From: the human T2T-CHM13v2.0 reference genome, Homo sapiens
DNA: 64,000 nt
NCBI RefSeq assembly: GCF_009914755.1
Contig: NC_060926.1
Strand: one strand, 5' to 3'
The notes beneath the pieces were generated by a model. That model was given only the letters and a program-made list of their open reading frames with translations, ran no database searches and had not been told where the DNA came from. Positions within the stretch are counted from its first letter, which is position 1; the number at the start of each line of letters is the position of its first letter. The translations under genes were made by a program, and so were the position numbers. This document shows, piece after piece, positions 37,731 through 50,664 of the stretch.

Positions 37731-39481
37731 ACATTCACCTAATCTGGTGTTTTTCTTTTCTTACTATGCATCCCAGTCCCCAAACCAGGATGGTTCACAA
37801 CTTGAATCCAAAACTCCTTGGTCAATTAAAAAAGAAGGCTGTAACTCCTTCTGTTATCGAGCCTCGGGTTTATAATAAACTAGATACAGGTAATTGTTAG
37901 CTGTGACCCTTTTATTTACAACACCATCGGATTGGTTTTATTTTTACAGCATTGTTAGAGATTAAGAGCAAAGCTTCTGTCTTCATCACATTGGCTTTAC
38001 TGTGGGTTAGGACCTACAGTGCCCCACTTCATTTCCTGAGACCCAAGCAATGAGCACAGAGTCATTTCTAGTAAGTTCTGACTCTGATTAAAAAACAATC
38101 TTTATGAAATAGAAGCTAATAAAATTGCTTTCCTAATTACCCTGAGCTAGTTCATTTCCCAGCAAATATAATAAAATAGAGTTACTTGGCTCCGATTCAC
38201 AAAATCTGAACCCAAGCTCATTATTAAGGCATTTAGCAGGGAAAAAAGCATGTGTGCATAAGATGCTGTCCCATCAAGCAGAATGCAAGAAACCTTTTGA
38301 AGTTGAGACCTTTGAAGTTTGAAGTTATTGCTGCATTTTTTTTTAAATGCAGGTATTTCTGCTAGGAAAAAAATACATTGGAGTCATTTATATTAATGGA
38401 GCAGAGTGCCTATACTAGCGTAATCATTGGAAGAGGTTTTTTGTTGAGAACAGCAAATCTTTATTTAAGAAAAATATCTAGATCCTTTTACATTGTACTT
38501 GTTAATCTGTGGGGCTATTATACACAGCAGCAAGACTTTTACGCAACAGAATAGAGTAAGTAACTCATGTCCCAAGGCTATTTCTGCCATGACTTATGCC
38601 ACTCACAAATCTCTTTCATCTATTTAAAGCATGAGATTCTGATGACTATAAATGTATGAAAATGTTTGGGGATTGTTTTATTTTCCTCTAAATGTCCTAT
38701 TATTCATTAACATGGACATGATTTGCTAATATTTCTAATGCAGTCATGAATACTCCACTAACAGAGGTTTAAAATGCTCCATTCCCAGGGGGAAAAATAC
38801 AATTACTAAAATTAAGAAGAGCATATCTATTAACTAAAGGGGTGATATTTATATGGCAGAATCAGGTGGCCAAAGAATGAAATCTTTCTTCTGTCTGGCA
38901 AGATGACACATCGTGTCATTTTATGTGATGTCGCCAATAGAGTCGCAGCTCTGGGTAACCATCACACTAAAGTAAATACAGCCAGGACTGATTCACAAAA
39001 AGAGCCAAGTCCCCATAGCCAGTAATAGGGATGCTAAAGTCTTATTTTCTCTTCTTTGGGTATTTGCCTGAAACCAATCTCTTAGCACTCAGTCTTGCAA
39101 ATCTGAAATGGGGAAAGAAATTGCCTCTGTCTTCTACCAGGGAGTGCAGCTCTTCTTGGGAAAATTTGTGAAATTCCACCCCCTGGGCAAAAACCATGGC
39201 TTTTTGTCAATATGCCCCGGGTGGAAATCTGACATTTCCATAATGATATGACAGATTTCCATCTGGGAAAACTGCCTTCTGTTTTCACAATGAATTTGAA
39301 GCAAGAATGAAAAATCTTTCACTTTGTCTATAAAACTATTTAGAAGAAAAATATCTGTATTTCTCCTACCTTGAAATAATAGAGTGGGTATTAAATGACA
39401 AAAACCTGTAACTATTTTAAGTTCAATCAAATCATCAGCAATACTTAAAAAGAAAAAGAAGAAGGGAACTACGTGGAGAAT

Positions 39482-39900
39482 AAATCCTTCCGGACAAATT
39501 TGTTACTGTTTCTTGATTGTTGCTAGCAGATGAAAGGAGTAATGTGTATCCAGCAATAAGTGAATATGCATAGATGGTATACAGCTGGAATTCAGGAAAA
39601 GATTGACAGAGGGCATCAGGAAGTCTATTTTGTGAAACTGGTTCTAATTGATTTGGATGGGAGTATTGTCATATGGATTGAAAATTTGCTGAAAGATGAT
39701 AAACAAAGGGTAGCAATGAATGGAGAGCAAAGGGGATGACATTGGGGTTAATGTGAGTTTTGATCTCATTTCTTATTTTTCAGAAATGCAACAGGAGAGG
39801 AACAACCTGGAAAAATATGGAATACGCAAATGTAGTAAATGAAGGGTGCTACAGTTGCCGATGAGAACTGAAAACCTGAATTTTCTTAGAGAAGTGGGAG
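39482..39900 (+). mobile_element. CR1/L3 LINE fossil, RT domain core
   Basis: KSFRTNLLLFLD (cf. KSCLTNLxxFFD), IDGIQLEFRK (cf. VDVIYLDFxKAFD), WIENLLKDDKQRVAMNG (cf. WIxNWLxxRxQRVVING). Extent beyond ~39730 is uncertain. Confidence 0.75.
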
Positions 39901-40467
39901 GTGAGGTCTGTGGAGAAAGGAGAGTATAAACATAAAATGGGCTTAGAGACGCTGGAGCCAGAACATTATAGGGGTAACTATCAAATACACAAAATGATTG
40001 AGCAGCTCCCTGGCTTTTGAAAATTCATCCCCTCTGAATAGTTTGAATTGCTGCTTGTTTTGTTTTGTTTGCCAGGGTTAGGGTGGGGTGCATTCTCCCT
40101 GGCCCTCCTCTTCTTGAAGCTGTGAAGTCCCTGACTGAGAACCAGGGAATCCAGGGCGGGTTGGGTTTTCTTTTTTCTGTGCAAAGTTAATTATCTCGAA
40201 CTCTCTGAGAAATTTAGATTTTTCTTTAATCCGTTAAGAAAAACAAATCTTGTATTTTTGTATTTTCTTCCCACCCACTCGAGAAGCCCATGAGCTGCTG
40301 TGGTCATTTTTTGTCGTTAATGTGGCTTGTTGACGTTTTTAGTGAAACCTGTAGAGTAAGACTATCCTGGGAGCTTGAAAAGCAACCAACCAATTGAAAG
40401 TAAACACAAAAGAGGAGGGAATTTTAGAAAAAAATCAAAGGTGAAAGGAGTGGAGGAACTGATTTGC

Positions 40468-40650
40468 TCCGAAAGGAAAGTGTGTCCCGATGATTAACAC
40501 CAGGTCGGCATGCTGAGAGAAAAACGACACAGACGCAGTGAGCGCGCGGCATCCGGTTTGCCGGCACATCCTAATGAGCACGATGGTCAAATGCCCTGGG
40601 TTTGCCATATGTTGTGGCCATATGCATATCTGGTGAACCAGATGCCCTGC
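40468..40650. promoter_or_regulatory. CpG-rich micro-cluster with clustered E-boxes; candidate enhancer
   Basis: About 11 CpGs in ~115 bp (40469-40582) of non-repeat sequence, then CAAATG, CATATG x2 and CAGATG within 57 bp. Confidence 0.45.
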
Positions 40651-41104
40651 TTTTTTTTCCCCATATTGCGCCATTTTTCTCACAGCATAAAGACATGGCT
40701 TAAGTGAGAAGCAGGAGGGGGTAGGGGGTAGGCAATGATAGCTTGTTATTCCAAAAGGTTGTAGGACAGAAAGCATCGGTAAATCCATCCCTGCTCTAAT
40801 TCCATTCTCTAATTCCATTCTCAAATATTTGATAAGCACCTACTAGAAGAGTTTAGATCAAATCAGGGTAACAAATTTTTCTTGGGTTATTAAGGAAAGT
40901 TTAGAGGTACTCTTTGCAACTGTCATAATTTCTGTCAGAAAGCTCTCTAGTCATTTGGTTAAGAGGATTGGACACAGTTTGCCATTTCTAATGCTCATAA
41001 GCAGTCTAAGGATTACCATGGGACCATTTATGCATGGCAATCGTTCAAACTGTTTCCTTCACCTGGGGGACTCTTTCTTTTTTCCATTTCTACTTATTCT
41101 TCAA

Positions 41105-41440
41105 TGTTCACTCATTCATTCATTCATTTATTAAGTACTTTTGACTGCCTTCTAAATTCATCTGGCACCATTCAAGACCCTGGGGATACCATAATGAGCA
41201 AAAACGACACAGTCTCTACCCTCAAGGAGCTTATAATCTAGTGGCACAGATGTTAATCAAATAATAAAATAATGCATCGTTACAACTGGGAGACATGCCA
41301 TCAAGGCAAAGTACCAGGAAACATGAAAGTGTGAACTAGGAAGACTAGGCCTAGTCTGGAACAACAAGTATGGGTCAGCTTGATGGCACCTCCTGACAAG
41401 GACACCTTTCTGATTCTGCAAGCCCAATATGCACGTGTTT
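41105..41440 (-). mobile_element. L2 3' fragment
   Basis: ttcactcattcattcattcatttattaagtac...ctggggataccataatgagcaaaaacgacacagtctctaccctcaaggagcttataatctagtgg. Confidence 0.85.
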
Positions 41441-42705
41441 CTCTCTCTCTCTCTCTCTTCCCCTTTCCCCACCCCACCCAACTGACCCCCGTCTCTCTCT
41501 CTCTCAGAATCCTATAGCACATTGTTAAGCTCTTAACAGAGTTCATTTGTGTTATTTACAAATTTTCTCTGACTTTCCTAATCCTCAACAACATACTTCA
41601 CATCACCCACCTTTGCATTCTTAACAGTGCTTTCCCTACTCAATAAATATTAGTTGAAGTGCATTGACATCTCAATGACTCATCAACAGAGAAGAGAAAT
41701 ATGACTAGTATAAAATGTCAGATAATCCAAAAATCTCATGGCTAAATTTTACCATGTCTCAGGCTCACAGCACTACCTTGGTACCTATCAAAGTTTCTGT
41801 TCATTTGTCCATGTATCCATCTTCTCCATTAGCTTGTGAGTTCTGGAGAGAGGGGATTGGTTCTTCATGAAGGGAGTCAGGTTTAAGCTGAGTTTAGAAG
41901 ATAAATATATGGACGAGTCTCGTACAGTGTTTGGCACTTAGTGGATTCTTAAGACATGCTTATGAAACAAGTTCCTCAAGATATAAGTGAAATAATTTTC
42001 ACTCCCAGTTAGGTGTCCTCCCTCTTAATGCTTGCCCTAGGCCTTTTGCCTTCCAAATGCCTCACTGTTTTGGGGCACATAATGGGTAATCAACAGATAC
42101 TTACTGATTTAGAGGTCGAACCTGGACCTCAGCAGTGCACCACTTCAGGGGACACCATTCTCACTGTGGTCTATGGACATGGGGCTTCCCTAGAGCACCG
42201 TGTAGATTAGTGTGGATAGTGTCCCTGCAGTTGGGAAACACAGAGGCACCAAGTTCAAACTTCTCATCTCACAGAGAAAAAGAGTTAAGGGAACTCCCTC
42301 AATTTCCACAACAAGCTTGTGGCATAAATGCAGTTATTCTTCTGACTCTCCAGTCACTACAACTAGTTGGCTTGTAGGTTTAAAATAAAATTGAATTTAA
42401 AATTATTTATTTTGAGCATCTCTTGACTTTCCTTGAAGGGAGTCTAGCCACCCTAGAGTACCAAGACAGTAAGGCTTGGAATGCCTACTTAACTGAATTT
42501 CTGTTGTGAACCAGAGTCAACATACTTATAAATCATCCCTATAAGTAGTCCCTTACATGTGGCAATTACCCCAAGACCAGTAGTAAAAAGCCTGATTTTT
42601 TTTTCTTTAGCCAAATACCTCCTGAAAAAATAGACAGAGAAATTGACTAAGGAAAATGACTAAAGGCTTGACTTAGGTATGATCCAGATATATTTATATA
42701 CATTG

Positions 42706-42877
42706 CTTTTTAGAGACATGATCTACCTATGTTGCCCAGACTGGAATGCAGGAATGCAATGGCTATTCATAGGCATGATCATAGCTCACTGTAACCTCAA
42801 ACTTTCAGCCTCAAGGGATCCTCCCACCCCTGCCTCCCAAGTAGCTAGGACTACAGGCACATGCCACCATGTCTGGC
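42706..42877 (-). mobile_element. FAM (fossil Alu monomer, 7SL-derived)
   Basis: Minus strand gccagacatggtggcatgtgcctgtagtcctagctac...gagctatgatcatgcctatgaatagccattgcattcc...ctgggcaacatag retains the 7SL/FAM-type GCCTGTGAATAGCC segment; single monomer. Confidence 0.85.
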
Positions 42878-44307
42878 TTTATATTTATCTTTGTTCATCC
42901 CCATCATAGAATCAGCAAACAGAAGGGTATGTACTCAGGTAGCGTAGCAGGTGGCCACTTCAGGTCTCCTCTGAAGTCTTGGGTTTATGAGCAATGGCCT
43001 CTGAATAAGATTTCCTACTCAGAATGTGAGAGAAACAATAACCAAAGCCTCAAAACAAAGAGAATGAGTCTATTTACAGAAAAGCACAAGTTGTATAATG
43101 TGGTATTTTTTGAATTTTTGAAGGAAACTAAAATTAGAGTAAGTACAATCAGGTTTTCATTCCACCTTAAATCCCCAAGAAGATGTTTCCTTTTCTTCAG
43201 GTCTGAGTTCAGGGTGACATCCCAGCCCCATCCCATTAAGCCCAAGTGAAGACACAATCCAGGCCTCTGTGTCTTCTGTTCCCTCCTTCAATCCTGCAAG
43301 GAAAAGTTTCCTTAGTGAACAGGACTCTGCAGATCAAGTATTGACCCTACCCTTGGCAGATTCTAAAATGAGGCCTCTGTATATCTATATCCTTCAGGTA
43401 CTTGCAAAACATGAGAGAGGCCGCATTTGATTTTCAGTAAATGGGTCATTTTTCAATTCCTAATTTAGAAAACTCATTCTTAGTATTTTCCTGCTCTGAG
43501 GATCTGGCAGGGGGGTGGATCAGGGGAATGTCAGCAGAAATATGATTCGATAAGTTTAAAAACATACTTAAATTATTGTGTTCTATTTTTTAAGTCCTTC
43601 CATGATGCATCTAGGTAACTGAGTTGGTTTCTGAACACTTTCATTTGGTTTCTTAATTGGACATTTTACAGATCTTGTGGTACATGTTCAATATGTCTAG
43701 GGAGAAAAATCTAACTAGCCAATAACATCAAAATAGGACTGGAACCAGGAGAGAATCTCTTCCACCTGCACTCTTCCTGTTCTACTTTGCTGTACTTTTG
43801 TGTGTCTGTGAGTAGGGGTGAGGGGGTGAGGGTAAAAAAGGGTAAAGACCCAGGCTCTACACCAGCAAAATAAATTAGGGAACTGAGGCAGCTAGTGCAA
43901 TAATTGAGTTCAAAAAAATTGGGTGACCTGAATTTTGCAGACTAAGTCTAATAAGCACTCTTACCTGCTAATGGTTCTATTCTCCATGCCCTTGTCATTT
44001 TGGGATTTCTAAGTCAGCTCTCTTTAGACTGAGAGTTTAGGTTTGGGATCAGGTTGTTAACAATGTAGTCATTGCATGTGGAGTAGAAGAAGGGGAAAGA
44101 GATGCCTTTCCCTCCATGGACAGAGCCAAGAAATCCAAACAGCCAAAGTGCTGCAAAGAAATAAAGAGGATGTTTCTAATATGGAGCTCGACAAACGCAA
44201 ATGGCCAGTTTTAGTTATGTTGCCTGTTGGCAGGCAGTACTGGTGCCTAGCATTGTACCAAATGCAGCACATGAGTACACACTGTCACCTGGAGAAAGGA
44301 AGTGAAA

Positions 44308-44780
44308 GCAAGTCAGGGTCCCAGCAGGAAACAGAGTTGTCTCCCGATGATTTGAACAAAGAGACTTTAATGAAGGGGCTGCTAACAGAGGAGTGAGTAG
44401 AGTCAAGAAAACAAACAAGGGAGGAGGAATGGGCAGAGAAGCACATAGAGACTTCGGTTAATGGAGGCCCCAGGACTGATGGAACAGGGGTAGGAAATAG
44501 TGTCCTGAGACTAGTGAGAGCTGCACCAAGGGAGAGGGACCAGGAAGCAGGAGCTGGAGTGATGCAGAGATGCCACTGCCTTCAGAGGTGTGCCCTTAAG
44601 GAAGGGGGAAAGTGGGAACACCCACCTTCTCTTTGCTGCTTCACTCTAGTCCCTGCCAGCATATTCCATTGGCCAAATCCACGCCGGAGCCAGGGTCAGC
44701 CTCCTGGGACGCAGAGAAGTGTGTAAAGGATGTAGTATGGATTCGGGGGTGGGAAACAAATGAAGAATAACTGGCTCCAT
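44308..44780 (-). mobile_element. Old ERVL solo LTR (LTR33/LTR41-like)
   Basis: agtcagggtcccagcaggaaacag...gagactttaatgaaggggct...ccattggccaaatccacgccggagccag...gtcagcctcctgggacgcagag; subfamily uncertain. Confidence 0.6.
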
Positions 44781-45084
44781 CAGCAACATTCTTTAGATCA
44801 TGGTACATTGAGCAATGGCTGGTGCTTCCACCTACTTCAGGTGTGCCCCCTACATTTTCTGTCAACCGTGTCTACATGACCCTCATCCAGCACTGTGCCA
44901 GCTCCACATCCAGCCTTCACAGTCTCCTCCTTATTCCATGTCTCTCCTTCAAAAGCCAGTCTTTGTCAAGCCTCGTCTGACCTATTGTCCTCTCTTAAGT
45001 CTCAATTCTCCTTACTCTCATAGCTCTTAGCAAACTATAAAGCCTGCTATGAGCAGTTGATAATTATTCACTAATTCTGTATTT

Positions 45085-45550
45085 TTTATTCACCAAATGA
45101 TTAGTTATTGAGATTTATTAGGTACCAGGCATTATACTCCCTGCTGAGGACACAATGGTGTGTAAAAAGGACAGACTGCCTCCCCTCTGGAGCTTTCAGT
45201 CAAGTAAGATAAAGAATGGTGAATGGAATCATCATAAAAATACACGTGACTGCAAACTTTCTTGAGTGCTATAAATAAAAAGTGCAAAGTGCCTTAAGAC
45301 TGTATGGCAGGCAGTCTGTAGGTTGTGAATGACTTTCTGAAAGAGTGAGGCCTGATTTGAGAGGGGAACGCTGAATCACTGAGTTAGAATTCACTAGACA
45401 AATGAAAGGTTGGGGAAGAGATGGAGAGTGGGGCTGCCAGTGGAAATAGCACGTGCAAAGACCCTGAGGTAGGCAGAGTTGTGTTGTTTTTTGATGAACT
45501 AATGGGAGACCCATGGGGTGGGCCCTGGCAAGCCAGGCAGAGCCAGCTCA
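45085..45550 (-). mobile_element. L2 fragment
   Basis: ttattgagatttattaggtaccaggcattatac...ctgaggacacaatggtg...ctctggagctttcagtc...gaaatagcacgtgcaaagaccctgaggtagg. Confidence 0.8.
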
Positions 45551-46768
45551 GTAAAGCAGGAGCCCCACTTGAACAGAACCATGGCCATATTTGACCAAAC
45601 TTCTAGAAACTTAAAGTTCTGCAGAGAATAAACATAAGGCTTCAGCCTTTTTAAATGCAATCCATGTTTCACCACTGAAGCCTTATAAAGATCACATTAA
45701 TTCTCTCCAAATCGCCTTTCCAACAGTCATTGATTTGCTGAATTTTGTTAAACAGCCCATTTCCCAAGGCAGAGAAAATATTGAATCGACAGGTCTCTGA
45801 GATATAGTATTCTGTGAGCTCCTTATATTACCTGATTATCCAAATAACTGGGAGTCCAAAGGACTGAAGTTGTTTGAAAGAATAATTAAGAATTTAATCT
45901 TACTCTGTTTTCCTTATCTAGTTTTTATTTGTTCGCTTGTGGGCTCTTTTGGTTAGTTTGGTTTAAAGTTTGTTTCTGCATTTAATCATGAAACAAATTT
46001 TGTAAATGAGGCACAGGAGTGAGACGTAGTGGACTTTTGAAAGGTATCGGGGATAAGTAAGGGAAGATAAGAGTAGTGGATGATACACTCTTGTTCACTG
46101 CCTTGTTTTCCCTGAGCTCCAAAGATCACAGTCAACTTCTCAAACCAAAGCTGTTTATTACCTCATACTCCCTCTGCTGGTCTCAGGCTCTCAGAACCCA
46201 GGTGTTTAGAGAGGTGAGTCTCTCCAAATTCTGCCCACACCTTTCCGGCACTTCCAGGAGGCCTCCCTACCCCAATCCTCAACGTCGAGTACCTAGAAAA
46301 CTGGAATTCTCCTTTCTCTGAACCCCCGAAGGTGGGCTGTCTTTGCCACTTGATGTAGCACTTAATTGCAAATCCTCTGTGCTCTCTTTTTAAAACAAAT
46401 ATCTCCCCTTTGACCAGTTCATAAGTTTCTCCAGGTCACTTACCATAGCTCAGGCTTTTCCCGAACCCGAAAAAACCCAGCTCAAAACTGGACAAAATCG
46501 TGGTGAGTTAACCATAAAAATGAATGATGTGGTGAGTCTGAAAAAAATTAGCAATTGAGAATAAAAAGCATAGCCATGTCCAACCTTTTTAAAAAGAAGA
46601 CATAACAGATAACATATTGTACAATTATCTTTGTCTTCAGATGTTCAATTAACATCTCTAGGCTAACAATTTTTTTTAGCTGGAAAAGACATTCCATTCT
46701 TCCTTCTCCTCCCTTTCAGGTACTTTTTCCTACTTCTAATGGAAAGACTCAAAACTTTTTGATCAAGA

Positions 46769-46845
46769 GCGTATATATAAACACAGCATGCACGCATATA
46801 CATGCATGCCTGCACACACATATGCACACACACACACACACACAC
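46769..46845. repeat. Mixed purine-pyrimidine alternating tract ending in (CA)n
   Basis: gcatgcacgcatatacatgcatgcctgcacacacatatgcacacacacacacacacacac. Confidence 0.85.
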
Positions 46846-47309
46846 CCCTCTAAACTCTTTTTTCCTTTAAAAGGCAAAGCTCCTTTTAAACATAATGAAC
46901 ATTCCATGTCCAGGAGAAGACCACAGCAGCACACCAGACCAGCCAGATGGAATGGGCTCCCATTTCTCTGGGGTGGAGCCCCTTCATGCTTTCTGTCCTC
47001 ACCCCAACACCTCAGGTTATGGTTTCTTTTTTGCTGATACAAGCTCTGGAGGTGTCCCCATGGAGACATAAAGAGGCTTCTGGTTTCTACTTAATAAGGA
47101 AACCTGAAAATATACAAGACCCTAAATGCATGGCCTCTGAGAGAATTTTCCCATGGGCCACATCCAGGTGTAAGAAATAATTAGGAAGGGTACAACTGTA
47201 CTTGTATTAAATTTGATATTACATTTACATGCGTGCAAAACACTGGCCCATTCTCAGCCCAACTTTTTAAATTATGTCTGTTTGTTTTTCTTTTTCACCT
47301 ATACAACGC

Positions 47310-47480
47310 TAATGCAATGGTTTTGTGCTCTGTACTTTACTGAGTTTGTTCACATCATTTTTTTGCTTGATCTTCAAAATATCCTTGGACAGCAGGCATG
47401 TGAAAGACGATAAGTGGCTTGCCCAAGGTCATATAGCTCATTAGTGGCACCACCAAGGCTAGAATATTAATAGTCATCTT
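47310..47480 (-). mobile_element. MIR fragment
   Basis: taagtggcttgcccaaggtcatatagctcattagtggcac...ggctagaa. Confidence 0.65.
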
Positions 47481-48554
47481 TACCCAACTGCCTATCTTAA
47501 TGCATATCTCTAATGCCAGAAATATAAATTACAAAGTATGGGACAGCTGAGTCAAGGAGAGAATATATCCAAGCCTTTCGAGAGCCAACAATACCCCTTG
47601 CAAACATTCAAATCATCACTAAGCTTCATGGTTAGAATCCCTTTCCAATTGGAGTGTTCCTATCCTCGTGGCATGAATCACGGTACTTTCTATTTTTCTG
47701 ATTTTCCAAAAGAACTGAAAAAGGAAGGGATGCTTATAAAGTACTTGGAAAGCCCTAAGTCATAAGTGCCATGCTAATGATGTCAGCATCCATTGCAAGG
47801 TAGACTGTTTTATATCAAGCAATTGTAAATACTGGTGGCATCTGTAATCTCCAACAAGAGCAACTTATGGGTTCTGTTCTCAACTTTGATTTTGACTTGT
47901 TTCTGGGCCAGTAACTTAGATCCCTACCCTTACCTTAATGCACTTTTTATAGTTTAATTTCCTTTATGTGGCACTGTTTGGAGTTGGAATTTTTTTTAAA
48001 GCTATATGACTCAATTGAAATCAGATTTTCCGTAAAGAAATCAAGCAGATCACAGAGGCGTCCAATCTGAAAACTCTGCCCCATCGCCTGTGGTCATTCC
48101 ACAGAGAATCATATTTCCCCTTTTTACCCTTTTGTGTATACCTGAATGATTTGTTTGCCTCAGCTTTACGATGCTGCAGTACTGGGGTTGATGAATAAAG
48201 CCTCCTGAAAACACATAGAATGTACCAGTATCACCCACAAAAGCTTTGTAGGTGGGACATTTATTTCAGTCTCTATTTAGTCCTTTCTGGTAATACTGGC
48301 TCTCCTTCCTTCCATGATTAGGGCTGCCGAAATATGAACATAGACAGAGGAACCTCTAAGGAATCTGTTCATTGCACACAGGGCCAGCATGCAGTACTTA
48401 TGAAGTGGCTATAGTGCCTCTTTCCCAGTGATTTCTCTGATGTGGCCATAGCATGAAATTCTCAGGAAGAGCTTCATTTTTGGAAAGAGGACGAGGCAGA
48501 GAGAACCCCCAGAGAAGGTGATCAGGAAGAAGAGAAAGCGCAGAGGGAACAATA

Positions 48555-48700
48555 GGTCCTGCCTCTTCCTACCTAACTGACCTTGGGAAAATTACTTAAT
48601 CTCTATGGGATTATCTCTTTTCTTTTCATCTGTAAAGTGGGAAATACTCTAGAAACCACCTCATAGCATTTCTGTGTGTATCGAATGAATAACATATAAG
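48555..48700 (+). mobile_element. MIR fragment
   Basis: tgaccttgggaaaattacttaatctctatg...ttcatctgtaaagtgggaaata. Confidence 0.7.
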
Positions 48701-50664
48701 CAGAGAACCTAGGGTTCTGTGGGGTGCCCAAGCTAGCTTTGGCAATGATAATGCTACTGCAGGGGCAGCTCCAGGACCACAACTGGTTGGGGAAGCAATG
48801 GAGAAGATCAATATAGAGAGGCAAGAGCATGCCAGGGACAAGCTCTGCTTCCATGACATTGCCTAGGGGGAGCTCTGGGTATGCTCGGCTCTCAGTGATG
48901 AATTAATGAGTTAATGAGATCAGACATGCTGTATATACACCATGTTCCTTTTTCTTTAAACGTTCCATGAGTGGACCAAGGCTGGTGGAAAAAAAATTTT
49001 TTCTAATATCATTTGCAGTAAATGTCTACCATGCTGTACATTCAGTTATTTCAAGGGGAAGGAAAGAGCTGTAAGACAATAGATAAGTTATGGATTAACA
49101 AGTGAGAAGTTTATGTTATTTTTCCTTGAGTAAGATACCTGTATTTACTGCATCATTTTAAGAAATCCTGTCTCTGGGATAAAAATGTCTTGGCTCTTGA
49201 GTTGGAAATGAGGAGAGGGTATGAGGAGGAGTGAGAATTCTTAGAATTAATCTTATTTAAAGAACAAAGCCATGTTTAATTGCTCTTATTATTTTTGAAT
49301 GAAGATCCTCACAAATCTTTCAGTGACTCATTGATGGTTACAGATATTGCTATGAATTTTCTGCATATGTGCAAGTTTCAGGAGAACACAAAAAATTCAA
49401 AAGGTACAATGCCCTTTCTCCTCTCCTCCATCTCCATTTTTAAAAAAATCCCTAGGCTGAAGATACAATAAATTGTACCTATTATACAGAAAAGGGACAT
49501 TTTATTTTAACTTTTGTTTGTCTTTTTTAGAGTCGAATTGCACTACTGTACTTTAAAATCTGGCAACAGGTTTCTGATACTCGATATAACAACCTCAGTA
49601 TATTAATTAGCTTTCAAGACCCCTAAGTAATGAAAATCTAGTCGCTCAAGGTCACAGTTTGACTTATTTACAATTGACAAATAACTTGGCAAACTCTGCA
49701 CTGAGCCACTCCATACAATAGAAAATATATTGTCACTCAACTTAACAAAAGAATCTTTCTTTGCCATCTCACTACAATGGCCCTGCAAATGAACATCGCC
49801 TGAATAAGATCCTAACCACATTTTCACTCTCATTAACCACAGTAGGGTAGCACACAATTTGCCTGGCTCCTGCTTAGACCACTGTGCACCATTTTAGTAG
49901 CAGCAGTTTGATGGGTTTTATGGCAGGTGATATATGGAGTGGGAGTTTCGGGAGTCGTAAACAGAAGGCACTGTGTATCACAATGTGGTTTAGGGATATA
50001 ATGACTGTGTTGTAAAGCAAGGGATGACAATACTGCACTAGGCTTGGGGTACTGAACCAATAGACCAAACAGCTCAACATAACTCAAGTAAGAATGAAAA
50101 AATCCTAGGAAGGAGTGTTGTGTGTGTGTCTCTGTGTGTGTGCGTGCCTTCTTCTAGCTTTCATTAATTACTTCTGATGAATTTGAATAAGAGATACTAA
50201 AACTGAAATAAATCTGCGTCTCTCTGGGAAAATACAACATTTCTCTTTCCTTCTAGAGCAATCTATTTCTGCCTCCTCTGTCCAACCCTTAACCACTTTC
50301 ATTGGCAGAATAATTAGGTAAACAGCTAGTCCTGGTACAAGGAAAAAAATAGTAGAAATTTAGGAAGATTGATGCAGAGGAGAAAATATTACCAAAATAA
50401 ACTTTCTTTCCTTTCTAGGAGAACTCATCTCCTATGGCAGGGAGTCAAATTATGTCTGACCTAACAGCTACCCCTTCTGACCAGAGAGCAGAAAGAGTTT
50501 GCAGGGTTGTAGCCAGTCTCAGGGTCCCCACTACTGACATCCCTGGGTGTCCTGGATCTGATTGTCTCTAAGTCACTTGAAGTCACTGTCCCCCGGAAGA
50601 CTCTGGCGTCCACCAAAAAGAGAAGAGCAACATGTGATCTTCAAAGAAAACAATGTTGGACCCA

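Noticed and set aside
49878-49926. Possible small exon (ctcctgcttag|ACC...GCAG|gtgata)
   Set aside because: The polypyrimidine tract and donor are weak, the peptide is not recognisable and there are no partner exons; such AG/GT pairs are common by chance.
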